Assembly: GCA_963820525.1 (NCBI GenBank)
Contig: CAWGAA010000001.1
Coordinates: 864,001-928,000, forward strand
Length of the DNA: 64,000 nt
Direction: 5' to 3'
DNA from: an uncultured Spirochaetota bacterium
GTDB lineage: Bacteria; Spirochaetota; Spirochaetia; SZUA-6; Fen-1364
This document shows positions 29,591-38,379 of the stretch, piece by piece. Made by a program: the position numbers and the translations under genes. Positions within the stretch are counted from its first letter, which is position 1; each line of letters starts with the position of its first letter. A model generated the notes under the pieces. That model worked only from the letters and a program-made list of their open reading frames with translations, did not search any database and was not told where the DNA came from.

Positions 29591-30415
29591 TCAGCTTGGA
29601 GCTTTCGAGGGCCAGGAGGAAGTTGATTCGAGCTGTTTATCCATCGCATCAATAAGGGCGCTCATTTCGGTTCTCATGCGAATTGTCCTAATTAGCTTCT
29701 CCGCGTTCCTGAGTTTTCCTTGAGCAACTTCCTCGCCAAGCAGCGCAAGCAGCTTCCTTTTTGGATCCAACAATTGAAGAGCATTTTCAGCATCTGGATC
29801 ATCCAAGACATCTGCCTGAGTTATCCTGAACCATTTCTCTCCGAGCATGCCGACTTCATATTGACCTCTTATGGTCTGCACAGTGAATTGAGAAAATCCA
29901 TATTCTCTAAAGCAAAGATCGGCTTGGGCTCCTCCAGAAATAATCCCAGTTCTTTCCACGCTGATCGAATTCAAAGGTATGGAATACCAAGCAGAGAAAT
30001 GGATGGGCGAGAAACCCAATTTCCCATACCAATCCTTAGCCACACTATTATCGTCAAACACGTCAAGCACCATCGAGGAAAATCGATCCGAGCGAATAGA
30101 GGCTAGTGAAAATCTTAAGAGATGCATGCCCAACCCTCGGCTTCTAAATTCGGGATGAGTACAAACGTAATTCAGAAAGACCGAATTCCGGACAATACGC
30201 AGCTCGATGTATCCGACTATCTTATTCTTGTCTAAGGCAACGGCGGATAAGGTATCGCGAAGTTCCTTCGGTAACTTGAGCTGATCTGCAAGAAAGCGCC
30301 CTACGCCGAAGCAACCATAAATCGTGCATCCTAGAATCTTGGGCTGGAAGGATTGCTTCACGATAGCGACAATTCCGTCAACGTCATCGATGCAAGCTTC
30401 GCGCAAGTCAATCAT
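29591..30415 (-). CDS. GNAT-family N-acetyltransferase
   Basis: Motif A VCTHPEFRSRGLG and N..A..WYGKLGF. Start uncertain (30415 or 30451). Confidence 0.82.
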   Translation of the reverse strand: MIDLREACIDDVDGIVAIVKQSFQPKILGCTIYGCFGVGRFLADQLKLPKELRDTLSAVALDKNKIVGYIELRIVRNSVFLNYVCTHPEFRSRGLGMHLLRFSLASIRSDRFSSMVLDVFDDNSVAKDWYGKLGFSPIHFSAWYSIPLNSISVERTGIISGGAQADLCFREYGFSQFTVQTIRGQYEVGMLGEKWFRITQADVLDDPDAENALQLLDPKRKLLALLGEEVAQGKLRNAEKLIRTIRMRTEMSALIDAMDKQLESTSSWPSKAPS

Positions 30416-30434
30416 AGATGCCTTCCATTGCCGC

Positions 30435-31031
30435 TCAACCCCTTTCTTCATCCAGATCTTTCATTGCCTTGCCTGGATCGACGATAACTCCACGCCGATT
30501 GATTGCTTTTGAAATCGTACGCAAAATAATATTGAAATCGAGCAATATGTTGTGATTTTCTATGTACCAAACGTCACAAGCAAGTCTTCGATCCCATGCA
30601 AGTTCATTGCGGCCATGTATTTGTGCCCAGCCTGTGATTCCAGGACGCATCACAAATCTTTTTCTCTCCTCTTCCTTGAAATAAGGCAGATAACGCATCA
30701 ATAGTGGCCTTGGCCCAACTAAGCTCATATCACCTTTCAGAACATTTATTAGCTCCGGGAGCTCATCTATGCTGCTTCTCCGCAGAAATTTCCCCAATCG
30801 CGTTAGGCGCTGCCCATCCGGAAGCAATCGACCGCCCTCATTTTTTTCATTCGTCATCGTACGGAACTTATACATTAAAAAAGGTTTTTCACCGAGTCCG
30901 GGCCGTTTCTGCGCAAAAATAACGGGAAGCCCCATTTTTCTTCTTATCAATAAAGCGATGATAATAAATAGAGGGAAAGCAATGATAATCCCGACTCCTG
31001 CAGCTAAAATGTCAAACAATCTTTTTATCAT
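30435..31031 (-). CDS. PglC/EpsL-like small phosphoglycosyl transferase
   Basis: KRLFD, KFRTM, LRRSSIDELPEL, GPRPLL and PGITGWAQIHGRN. Confidence 0.92.
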   Translation of the reverse strand: MIKRLFDILAAGVGIIIAFPLFIIIALLIRRKMGLPVIFAQKRPGLGEKPFLMYKFRTMTNEKNEGGRLLPDGQRLTRLGKFLRRSSIDELPELINVLKGDMSLVGPRPLLMRYLPYFKEEERKRFVMRPGITGWAQIHGRNELAWDRRLACDVWYIENHNILLDFNIILRTISKAINRRGVIVDPGKAMKDLDEERG

Positions 31032-31060
31032 CGCCCTTCCTATTACGCTAATGTAAACGA

Positions 31061-32293
31061 TTACGCTCGCTTCCTTTTGAGCATCACGGCTTTGATTAAT
31101 TCCAAATACCTCTCAAACAAGACTTCCCGAGAATAATATTTTTGAAAAGCTTCCCTTCCTGCCCGTCCGAATGCTTCGCGCTCCTCACGAGACATTCGAT
31201 ACAGCTTTCGAATCGAATTGGCTAGTGCCTCAGGGTCTTCTGGTGGGACAATAAGTCCGGCTCCGGCTTGCAAGATCATCTCAGCAGCATCCCCTGCGAC
31301 GCAGCAGATTATAGGTTTTCCGCATGCCATGTACGCAGTAGTCTTGCCAGGAATCGTTATCGCGAAAAGAGGTTCATTCCTTAAATGCACTAAGAGTGCG
31401 TCCGCGATAGAAAAGAACGAAGGCATTCTTTGCGCTGGCTGGGGAGGAATGAATCGAACGTTTGACAGCTTTCGATCTCGCGCTTCCTTTTCCAGCATCG
31501 AACGCTCAACTCCATCTCCAATTATGACAATCTGAATCTCAGGTATGTCGTACAGAAGCTCAGCTGCACAAATGACATTACGTAGGATCTGAGCAGAGCC
31601 AATGTTTCCACCATAGACAACATTGAAACGATTCTTCAGCCCATGCTCATCAGCAAGATCTGCTTCCCGAGGAACCGGTCTATAGATGCTCTCATCAGCC
31701 CAATTGGGGATCACATGGATTTTATTACCAGGTAATCCTTTTGAGATCAAGTTTTTCCTAAAACCCTTCGAAATAACAGTAATCGCTTCTGCGCGCCGAT
31801 AAATGAATGTTGCAACTCTATCAATCCAATTTAGCATTAATTTGGACCGTAGTATTCCCGTAGCTTTGAGTGTTTCAGGCCATAAATCTTGTACCTCATA
31901 AATAAACGGGATATGTCTTAGTTTAGAAATTATAAGAGCGGGCAGAGCAATTGAAAGCGGCGGATGATAAACCCACATAGCATCAGCATCACCGCATGAA
32001 ATAGCGCCAATGGTCGATGCAGATAAAGCAAATGTTAAATAATTGAAAAAGCGATTAATGATGGAATTATCATGACTTGGAAATAATGGTACTCGAAGCA
32101 CCTTAACACCATCAAGTATTTCCCGTTGTCTCCATCGAAGTTTATATCCAGGGAATATTCTGCCACTGGGATAATTAGGAAAACCTGTTATCGCGACAAC
32201 ATGATGCCCCTTACTTACAAGCGATTTTGCGAGCAAATGTATTCGAGTTTCATTTTCTGGAGGATACCATTGAGATAAAATGATTATTTTCAT
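31061..32293 (-). CDS. GT4 glycosyltransferase, WbuB/WbjE-like (probable L-FucNAc transferase)
   Basis: SQWYPPE, TGFPNYPSG, QDLWPE, YGGNIGSAQ and PGKTTAYMACGKP; fnlABC lies in the same locus. Confidence 0.85.
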   Translation of the reverse strand: MKIIILSQWYPPENETRIHLLAKSLVSKGHHVVAITGFPNYPSGRIFPGYKLRWRQREILDGVKVLRVPLFPSHDNSIINRFFNYLTFALSASTIGAISCGDADAMWVYHPPLSIALPALIISKLRHIPFIYEVQDLWPETLKATGILRSKLMLNWIDRVATFIYRRAEAITVISKGFRKNLISKGLPGNKIHVIPNWADESIYRPVPREADLADEHGLKNRFNVVYGGNIGSAQILRNVICAAELLYDIPEIQIVIIGDGVERSMLEKEARDRKLSNVRFIPPQPAQRMPSFFSIADALLVHLRNEPLFAITIPGKTTAYMACGKPIICCVAGDAAEMILQAGAGLIVPPEDPEALANSIRKLYRMSREEREAFGRAGREAFQKYYSREVLFERYLELIKAVMLKRKRA

Positions 32294-32965
32294 AGCCTAG
32301 GTGATGAACCTTTATATATTCCTACCAGAACAATCATCAGGAAAGGCTAGAGTTATATAGATTGCTTTCATAATGAACCATCTCCTTCTCTATTATCTCT
32401 GTTAAGCGTTCACCGCGAGCGGTAAGATAATTGAAAGTTTAGGTGAAATGGCAAGGGGAAGTTCTTGTGCATAAAGGGGCCCAAGTCACGGAAATTAACC
32501 CGGATTTCTCATACTTCTACTATTAAAAAGCCTTTCGCCCTGGTATAATTGCTTTGCTACAAACAATATACGCCAGACCCATCTTCGACACTTTGAAAAA
32601 TGAAATGTTTACCCTATAAGGAATTAGAAGACACGGAAATTCTGTTGGCACTACAGATCAACTTCCTCCGTGGTAGCTCTTATTCGCGAACCGTCTGCGG
32701 CACTGCGACACCCGCGGCCTGCAATACTGTGTGGCACACCCCCCGCAGGTCGGTGCGCAGATACAGCTTTTTGCCATGCATTTCTACTTCCACTTCCTGA
32801 AGTGCTCGAAGGTCCCTATTGATATCCGCCCACTCCAGCTTGTCCCCTTGCTTCTCAAGTCTGGTTTCCAGCTCTTTTCGAAGAACCAAGGCGAGGAAAC
32901 TACAGAACACGTGCCCCCGGATGGTGTCGTCAACTTTGTGATAGATACAGCTTGTCGGGTAATTG

Positions 32966-33352
32966 TTAGCTCTCCGGAGCCCGCTTACCGTGGATACGCG
33001 GGGTTGGCGTCTTTCTCGCGGGGGACGGTAGCTTTTTAAGAAGGCGATCGGTGACGCGCAACGACATCCTCTCCATTTGAGCGATGATTCTGTCCAGTTC
33101 GCGGCCGGTGGCAACCCAGACGGCGAGAAGGTCGGCCTGTTCGCGCGTCAGGCGGACTGTGACGGTTTTTCCATCCACCTTGCGGGTCCACTGGTAGTAG
33201 GGACCGTGAAGGCGGGGCGGAGAAGCTTGGCAGGCGCAGCCGGGCTTGCCGCAGGCCATGAAGCGTTTCAGCAAGGTGCCACGGCGGAAATAGCCGACTC
33301 GGCTGAGGGCGCGCTGGAGCTGCTGGTAGTTTTGCGGAAGATCGGTTTTCAT
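32966..33352 (-). CDS. DUF6788-like small Cys/His protein (IS-associated)
   Basis: RGTL...CGKPGCAC......HGPYYQWTRKVDGKTVTVRL motif; 128 aa; the stop abuts the left TIR. Confidence 0.82.
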   Translation of the reverse strand: MKTDLPQNYQQLQRALSRVGYFRRGTLLKRFMACGKPGCACQASPPRLHGPYYQWTRKVDGKTVTVRLTREQADLLAVWVATGRELDRIIAQMERMSLRVTDRLLKKLPSPARKTPTPRIHGKRAPES

Positions 33353-33358
33353 AGAAAT

Positions 33359-33403
33359 ATATCTTGACAGAAAACTGTCTACAGTTATAATACTGTTAGA
33401 TAT
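33359..33403. promoter_or_regulatory. Consensus sigma70 promoter (+) inside a nested quasi-palindrome between divergent start codons
   Basis: TTGACA 33364-33369, 16-bp spacer, TATAAT 33386-33391. Inverted repeats GACAG-AAAA-CTGTC, ACAGT-TATAAT-ACTGT and outer ATATCT/AGATAT. Confidence 0.75.
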
Positions 33404-33559
33404 GTTGCCCGTCAAGCTTCCCCGGCGTTGGTTTTTCTCCCGGATCCTCGCTTCGATGTGCGTGTGCGTCTTTCTCGGCCTGGGCATCTTGATCTTCTCC
33501 AGCGCCCCCTCCATGGCAGCCGCCGATAGAGCAATCGTTCCCCAGGAGGTCACTCGTCC

Positions 33560-34951
33560 ATGCAAACCACTTCTGCCAGTGCCAAGCGCCAACCCGCTCT
33601 GATTCCCAGGTCTATGCGCCCGACCATCTCCATCGCGGAGGACCACAGGCTGGTCCAAATGACCGACACCCTGGACTGGACAGAAATGGAGGAGCAAGCC
33701 CAGCAGATACGATCCGCCAAGCTCAAGAACGCCGCTGGGCGGCCGCCGCACCTGCGCGCCTTGCTGGGAGCTATGCTGCTGATGGCCACCCGAAAGCTGA
33801 CATACCGGGAGGCCGAGGACTTGATCTGCTACTACGCCCCAGCGCGCTACTTGTGCGGGCTGACCGAAACGGAGTGGACCCCGGACTTCACCACCATCCA
33901 GGACTTCACCGAACTGATGGGCGAGCAGGGGATCAAGCTCATCAATCAATGCGTGGTGCAAATGGCGGTGAAACAAAAGTTGGCAGATCCCAAGACACTG
34001 GTGGCCGACACCACAGCGCAGGAAGCGGCGATCCCCTATCCCAACGAGATGGGGCTCATGGCCGGCTTTCTGACCTCGGTGGCTGCCGCAACCCGAAAAG
34101 TTGGCCGGGCGCTGAAGGGATTCGTGCAGGAGACGGTGAGTCAATTCGAGGCGGCCAAGAAGAAGGGGCGAGAGTACCGCCTGTTCGCCAAGACCAAGGA
34201 GAGCAAGGATCGGGTGATGGGGCAGATGATCGCCATCGTCAAGAAGCTCAACGAGCATCTGAGCAAGGCGCTGGGCGCCCCTGCCGCACAGTGGGAAAAG
34301 CTACGCAAGCATGCAATTGTGGCCAAAAGCAAGCTGGTTCAGTTGCAGGAAACGATGAGCAAACTGATCCCGCAGATCCGCTACTGGATTCGCACGGGCT
34401 GCGTGGCCAGCGGCAAGATCATCAGCCTGCATATCCCGCAGCTCTACAGCATCGTACGCGGCAAAGTGGGCAAATCGGTGGAGTTTGGGCTGAGCTGGGG
34501 CATCAGGCGACTGGCGGGGGGGTACCTGCTGGCCACGCTGGCCCCGAATCGCCGCGAGTTACAGGACACGAAGTTCGCGGTGCGAGCGGTCAAAGACCAC
34601 ATCGCGCTCTTTGGCAAGGCGCCGCTGGCTTATGCCTACGACCGTGGTGGATACAGCGCGGAGAATGTCTCCACCTTGAAGAAGTTGGGGGTCAAGGATG
34701 TGGGACTGGCCCCCCGTGGACGTACGCAGTGGTCGGTAAGCGGGCCGGTGCGCGACCGGCTGGTCAGAGAGAGGGCAATGGTGGAGGCGGGAATCGGCAC
34801 CATCAAGAGCCCGAGATACGGGTTCAATCGTCCAGCTGCTCGTTCGGAGGCCATGATGGGAGCGTGTGGGCAGCGCGCTGTGTTGGGATTCAACACCAAC
34901 AAGCTGATCCGCGAACTTGCCGGGCGAAAGGGGATGACGCTGAACGGCTAA
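33560..34951 (+). CDS. DDE transposase, IS5/ISNCY-like
   Basis: GRPP..R (DUF772-like), PDFTTI, ADTTAQEAAIPYPN, RGKVGKSVEFG, YDRGG and R..VEAGIGTIK; SD AGGAGGT upstream. Confidence 0.88.
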   Translation: MQTTSASAKRQPALIPRSMRPTISIAEDHRLVQMTDTLDWTEMEEQAQQIRSAKLKNAAGRPPHLRALLGAMLLMATRKLTYREAEDLICYYAPARYLCGLTETEWTPDFTTIQDFTELMGEQGIKLINQCVVQMAVKQKLADPKTLVADTTAQEAAIPYPNEMGLMAGFLTSVAAATRKVGRALKGFVQETVSQFEAAKKKGREYRLFAKTKESKDRVMGQMIAIVKKLNEHLSKALGAPAAQWEKLRKHAIVAKSKLVQLQETMSKLIPQIRYWIRTGCVASGKIISLHIPQLYSIVRGKVGKSVEFGLSWGIRRLAGGYLLATLAPNRRELQDTKFAVRAVKDHIALFGKAPLAYAYDRGGYSAENVSTLKKLGVKDVGLAPRGRTQWSVSGPVRDRLVRERAMVEAGIGTIKSPRYGFNRPAARSEAMMGACGQRAVLGFNTNKLIRELAGRKGMTLNG

Positions 34952-36675
34952 CGGAATACGGGACGCCTGGTCACGAGACTGACAGTGCACCAGCGGGGTA
35001 CGCACACAAGACACACAGCGCACCGGAAGGCGCGACATAGGTCCGCGGCCCGTCGAACACCGAGCCAACGGGCGCCTGAATTACCCGACAAACTGTAGAT
35101 AGGGCGGGTCTCCAGAAGACTCTTGGCCGAACGGAATATCGATTCCACCATCCACAGCTGCTTGTACTTCAGTGCCACATCCGCGGCGGAAAATGCGGTG
35201 TTGGTGCGAAGCACCCACATGCCGTCGAAGAGTGCCTCCTCGGAGAGCTTGGCCTCGTCGACGGTGAAGTGCTCCTTTCCAGCGGACTTCAGGTATCGCC
35301 TGTAGCCCTTGTTGCCCACGAGACTCTTGTCCCCGCTTTTGAGCTTCTCTTTCAAAGACTCCACGATGGCCTTTCTGTCCGCGGCATCCTTTCGGGCCTG
35401 ATCCTCGTTGTAACACACGATGTAACGCCTATCCCCCACCCACTGCTCCCGCACCGATAGGGGGGAGGGATCCCCTGCCTTCTTCTTCTCTCCTGTGACT
35501 ACTTGGAACTTCTCAGAGGAAGGAAGCACTTCATCGCGCACCGTCTTGTCCTTGCGCATGCGCGCTCCAAGGATGTAGGACATGCCAAGCTCATCAGTTT
35601 CAAGTTTCTCGATCGTCTCTGCGCTTATCATCCCGCGGTCTGCCACCACGCACACCGAAGCGATTGCGAAGCGGCTCTTCAGTCGCTGGACCACAGGGAT
35701 GAGAGAACTGACATCGGTAAGATTGCCCGGCCACAGCTCGCAGCAAATCGGCCGCCCTGCCCCGTCCAGCACCGCGCCGACCACCATCTGTTTCAGGTCG
35801 GGTCTGTGGTCCTTGCTGTGCCCGTACTGTCCCAGGCTTTCTCCCCCTTGCCCCTCGAAGTACAGGCTCGTGGTGTCGAAGAACACCAGCTCCAACTCGC
35901 TGAACAGATCGCGGTTACGGCGAAAAAGCTCCTCTTCGATGAGGTCACTTTCGGCATCGCAGGCTTCGCGCATCATGGCCGAGCTGGATGCTCTGTTCTC
36001 CCAGCCAGCCCATGGCGCGGTAGAGGTGATGAAGCTCGATTCCCTCTGTCCCGCTGATCTGGAAATCCTCTTTCCAGCGCTCTGCCGCGCGGTCGCTTCC
36101 CGGATCGAAGAGGCGGTGCAGCACGGTGAGGAAGATCGCCCGTTCCAAGGAGAAGCGCCATGGGCGAGCGGCCACTTGGCCCTTTATCGCCTCTTTGATC
36201 CCCAACTGCTGCCACAATCGGTCGAAGAGAAGGGCGGGACCGATGGACAGTGTGCGGTGCGCTTGGATGGTGCCCTCGCGGTGAGCATCGATGATCGTTC
36301 GAATCGAGGAGAACTTCGCCAGCGATCGGGTGAGGGCATCGATCTTGCCTGATGCGGCGAGTGCATCCAGTTGGCCGAGGGTGGTGAGGACACGTTGTTT
36401 GACCTTTTTGCCCTCACGCTTGCTTTCAACGATCTGAAGGTACTTGTATCCGTGCGAGTTCTTGATGCGGACGAACATTGCCTGCCCCCCTCTACGGATA
36501 CTACCATGAAGAGGCCATCTATGCAAGCATTTTCTTCATAAACTGCCAATTCGGTGGCACTACATAAAGCGGTCCGGTTGTAAAAAAACCTTCAAATTCC
36601 CTGCAAATTCGAGGGGTACGGCTTCCTGGAGACGCTCAAAGTGTCGAAGATGGGCCAGAGCAGAAAGGCATCACG

Positions 36676-38091
36676 ATGCAAACAGACTGTAGCTCGAATC
36701 TCCTCGGCTTTCAAGACCTGGGGCAGAAAAAAGTCATCGCTGATTTTAACGGTGGAACGATCAGCTCCGATGCGGGAGGATTGCTCCTTCGTGAAGTTGC
36801 CGTTGCATCCGACTACCTTCGCTACTTCGCTGCCTGCTTCCACGATTATCGTAATCAACGGTTTGTTGAGCACAGCGTGCAGGAATTAATCAGCCAGAAA
36901 GTCATGGGGCTATGCCTCGGCTATGAAGACGTCAATGATCATGATTTCTTACGCCACGATCCCCTATTCGCCACCCTGTGTGGAAAGCTGGATCCCAGCG
37001 GGCAGGATAGAGTACATCAGCGTGACAAGGGCAAGGCATGCGCGGGCAAAAGTACTCTCAATCGCCTGGAGACCTGCGAAGGGCTTTTCCATATAACAGC
37101 CACGAAGAAAATAGAGGCTTTGCCGGAGAAGATCGAGAAGTTCTTCGTGAAATCATTTCTTAATAGCTACCCAGGACGGCCGAAGGAAATCGTGTTGGAT
37201 CTGGATGTGACGGATAACGAGCTTCACGGAAAGCAGGAGGGGCGATTCTTCCATGGGTATTACGACTGCTACTGCTACCTGCCTTTGTATATCTATTGCG
37301 GTGACTACCTTCTGTGCGCGAAGCTTCGAAAGGCGGACGTCGATCCCGCAAAGGGAGTGACAACGGAACTGAAGCGCATCGTGGGCATGATTCGCGCTCG
37401 CTGGAAACATACTCGCATCATCGTGCGCGCCGACAGTGGTTTCTGCCGGGAAGAGCTCCTCGCGTGGTGCGAGGCCAACGGGGTCTTTTATGTCATTGGC
37501 CTGAAAAGAAATACAAGACTGATCGCTCGGATCAGGAAACAACTTCGCCAGGCGTGTGCAGAGCATGTACACACGGGGAAGCCGGCCCGACGGTTCAGCA
37601 GCTTCTGGTATCGAACTAAAAAAAGCTGGAGCAGGAGACGGCGGATCATCGCCAAGGCGGAGTACACCGAGGGTAAGGAGAATCCGAGATTTGTGGTGAG
37701 CGATCTCCCCTCTGAGATGTACGATCCCCGGGCGCTGTACGAGGATCTGTACTGTGCCCGTGGGGAGATGGAGAACCGCATCAAGGAGCAACAGTTGTAC
37801 CTGTTCGCGGATCGGAGTTCCTGTTCGTTGATGAAGGCGAATCAGCTTCGGTTGTGGCTTTCTGCTGTAGCCCAGCTTTTGATGAGCGAGCTTCGCCGTC
37901 GTGCGCTGCGGGGGACCGAGCTTGCGAATGCGACTTTCCAGACTATACGGTTGACTCTTTTCAAAGTGGGAGCTCAGGTACGGATCAGTGTCCGCCGTGT
38001 CGTAGTCAACATCTCAACGGGTTATCCGCATCGCGAGCTATTCATTGCAGCGTACCGTGCTCTTCATTCCTCGAATCCGTTGCTCTGTTGA
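36676..38091 (+). CDS. IS1380-family transposase (intact ORF)
   Basis: FNGGTISSDAGGLLL, GYEDVND, LDLDVTD..LHGKQEG.FF.GYY..YCYLPL, VRADSGF and YCARGEMENRIKE. Confidence 0.95.
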   Translation: MQTDCSSNLLGFQDLGQKKVIADFNGGTISSDAGGLLLREVAVASDYLRYFAACFHDYRNQRFVEHSVQELISQKVMGLCLGYEDVNDHDFLRHDPLFATLCGKLDPSGQDRVHQRDKGKACAGKSTLNRLETCEGLFHITATKKIEALPEKIEKFFVKSFLNSYPGRPKEIVLDLDVTDNELHGKQEGRFFHGYYDCYCYLPLYIYCGDYLLCAKLRKADVDPAKGVTTELKRIVGMIRARWKHTRIIVRADSGFCREELLAWCEANGVFYVIGLKRNTRLIARIRKQLRQACAEHVHTGKPARRFSSFWYRTKKSWSRRRRIIAKAEYTEGKENPRFVVSDLPSEMYDPRALYEDLYCARGEMENRIKEQQLYLFADRSSCSLMKANQLRLWLSAVAQLLMSELRRRALRGTELANATFQTIRLTLFKVGAQVRISVRRVVVNISTGYPHRELFIAAYRALHSSNPLLC

Positions 38092-38379
38092 ACGGTCCAC
38101 TCGATGACCAAGATAAAGCCGACTTGTTTTAGGATAGGTCTGTCCCAAATTGTCGAAAAAAATCAATCAACGTGCAATAAACGCAGATTTTCACATCGAA
38201 AAAGCTTCAATCGACGTGTAATGCGAATTCTGATCTCGATTTCTTATCAAAAGTTTATTGGGATTCATTTTCGCTCGATTTTTATCAAAACAGCAGATGG
38301 GGTATGAGAAATCCGGGTTAATGTATCAAATTAAAGTGATAAAGCCAGGACCGTGACGGAGGCCCCCTGTGGTTCCTTT

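Larger units (their letters stand above)
32948..35095 (+). mobile_element. 2148-bp IS5/ISNCY-like element with passenger gene (inner layer)
   Basis: 17-bp TIR CAG(C/T)TTGTCGGGTAATT (16/17 match); 6-bp TSD TAGATA (32942-32947 and 35096-35101). Removing it restores the IS1634 frame R-P-I-Y-H-K. Confidence 0.9.
32680..36478 (-). pseudogene. IS1634-family transposase, split by the inner IS and carrying a +1 frameshift near 35947
   Basis: Three pieces: MFVRIK..YLQIVES (from 36478); FFDTTSLYFEG, GHSKDHRPDLKQ, VADRGM and YKQLWMVESIFR..K..LETRPIY; then HKVDDTIRGHVFCSFLAL (32680-32947). Confidence 0.9.
32578..36654 (-). mobile_element. IS1634-family element (middle layer) inserted in the IS1380 5' leader
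   Basis: Perfect 19-bp TIR CCCATCTTCGACACTTTGA (32578-32596 and 36636-36654); 5-bp TSD CCAGA (32573-32577 and 36655-36659). Confidence 0.92.
32499..38317 (+). mobile_element. IS1380-family element (outer layer; about 1737 bp once nested elements are removed)
   Basis: Perfect 16-bp TIR CCCGGATTTCTCATAC (32499-32514 and 38302-38317) flanked by TTAA at 32495-32498 and 38318-38321. Confidence 0.92.

Noticed and set aside
33366..33396. LexA/SOS box in the inner IS promoter
   Set aside because: CTGT and ACAG half-sites are present, but not in the CTGT-N8-ACAG arrangement.
33353..34258. 430-aa minus-strand ORF as one protein
   Set aside because: Only the last 128 aa (DUF6788-like) are credible. 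The rest is antisense to the transposase.
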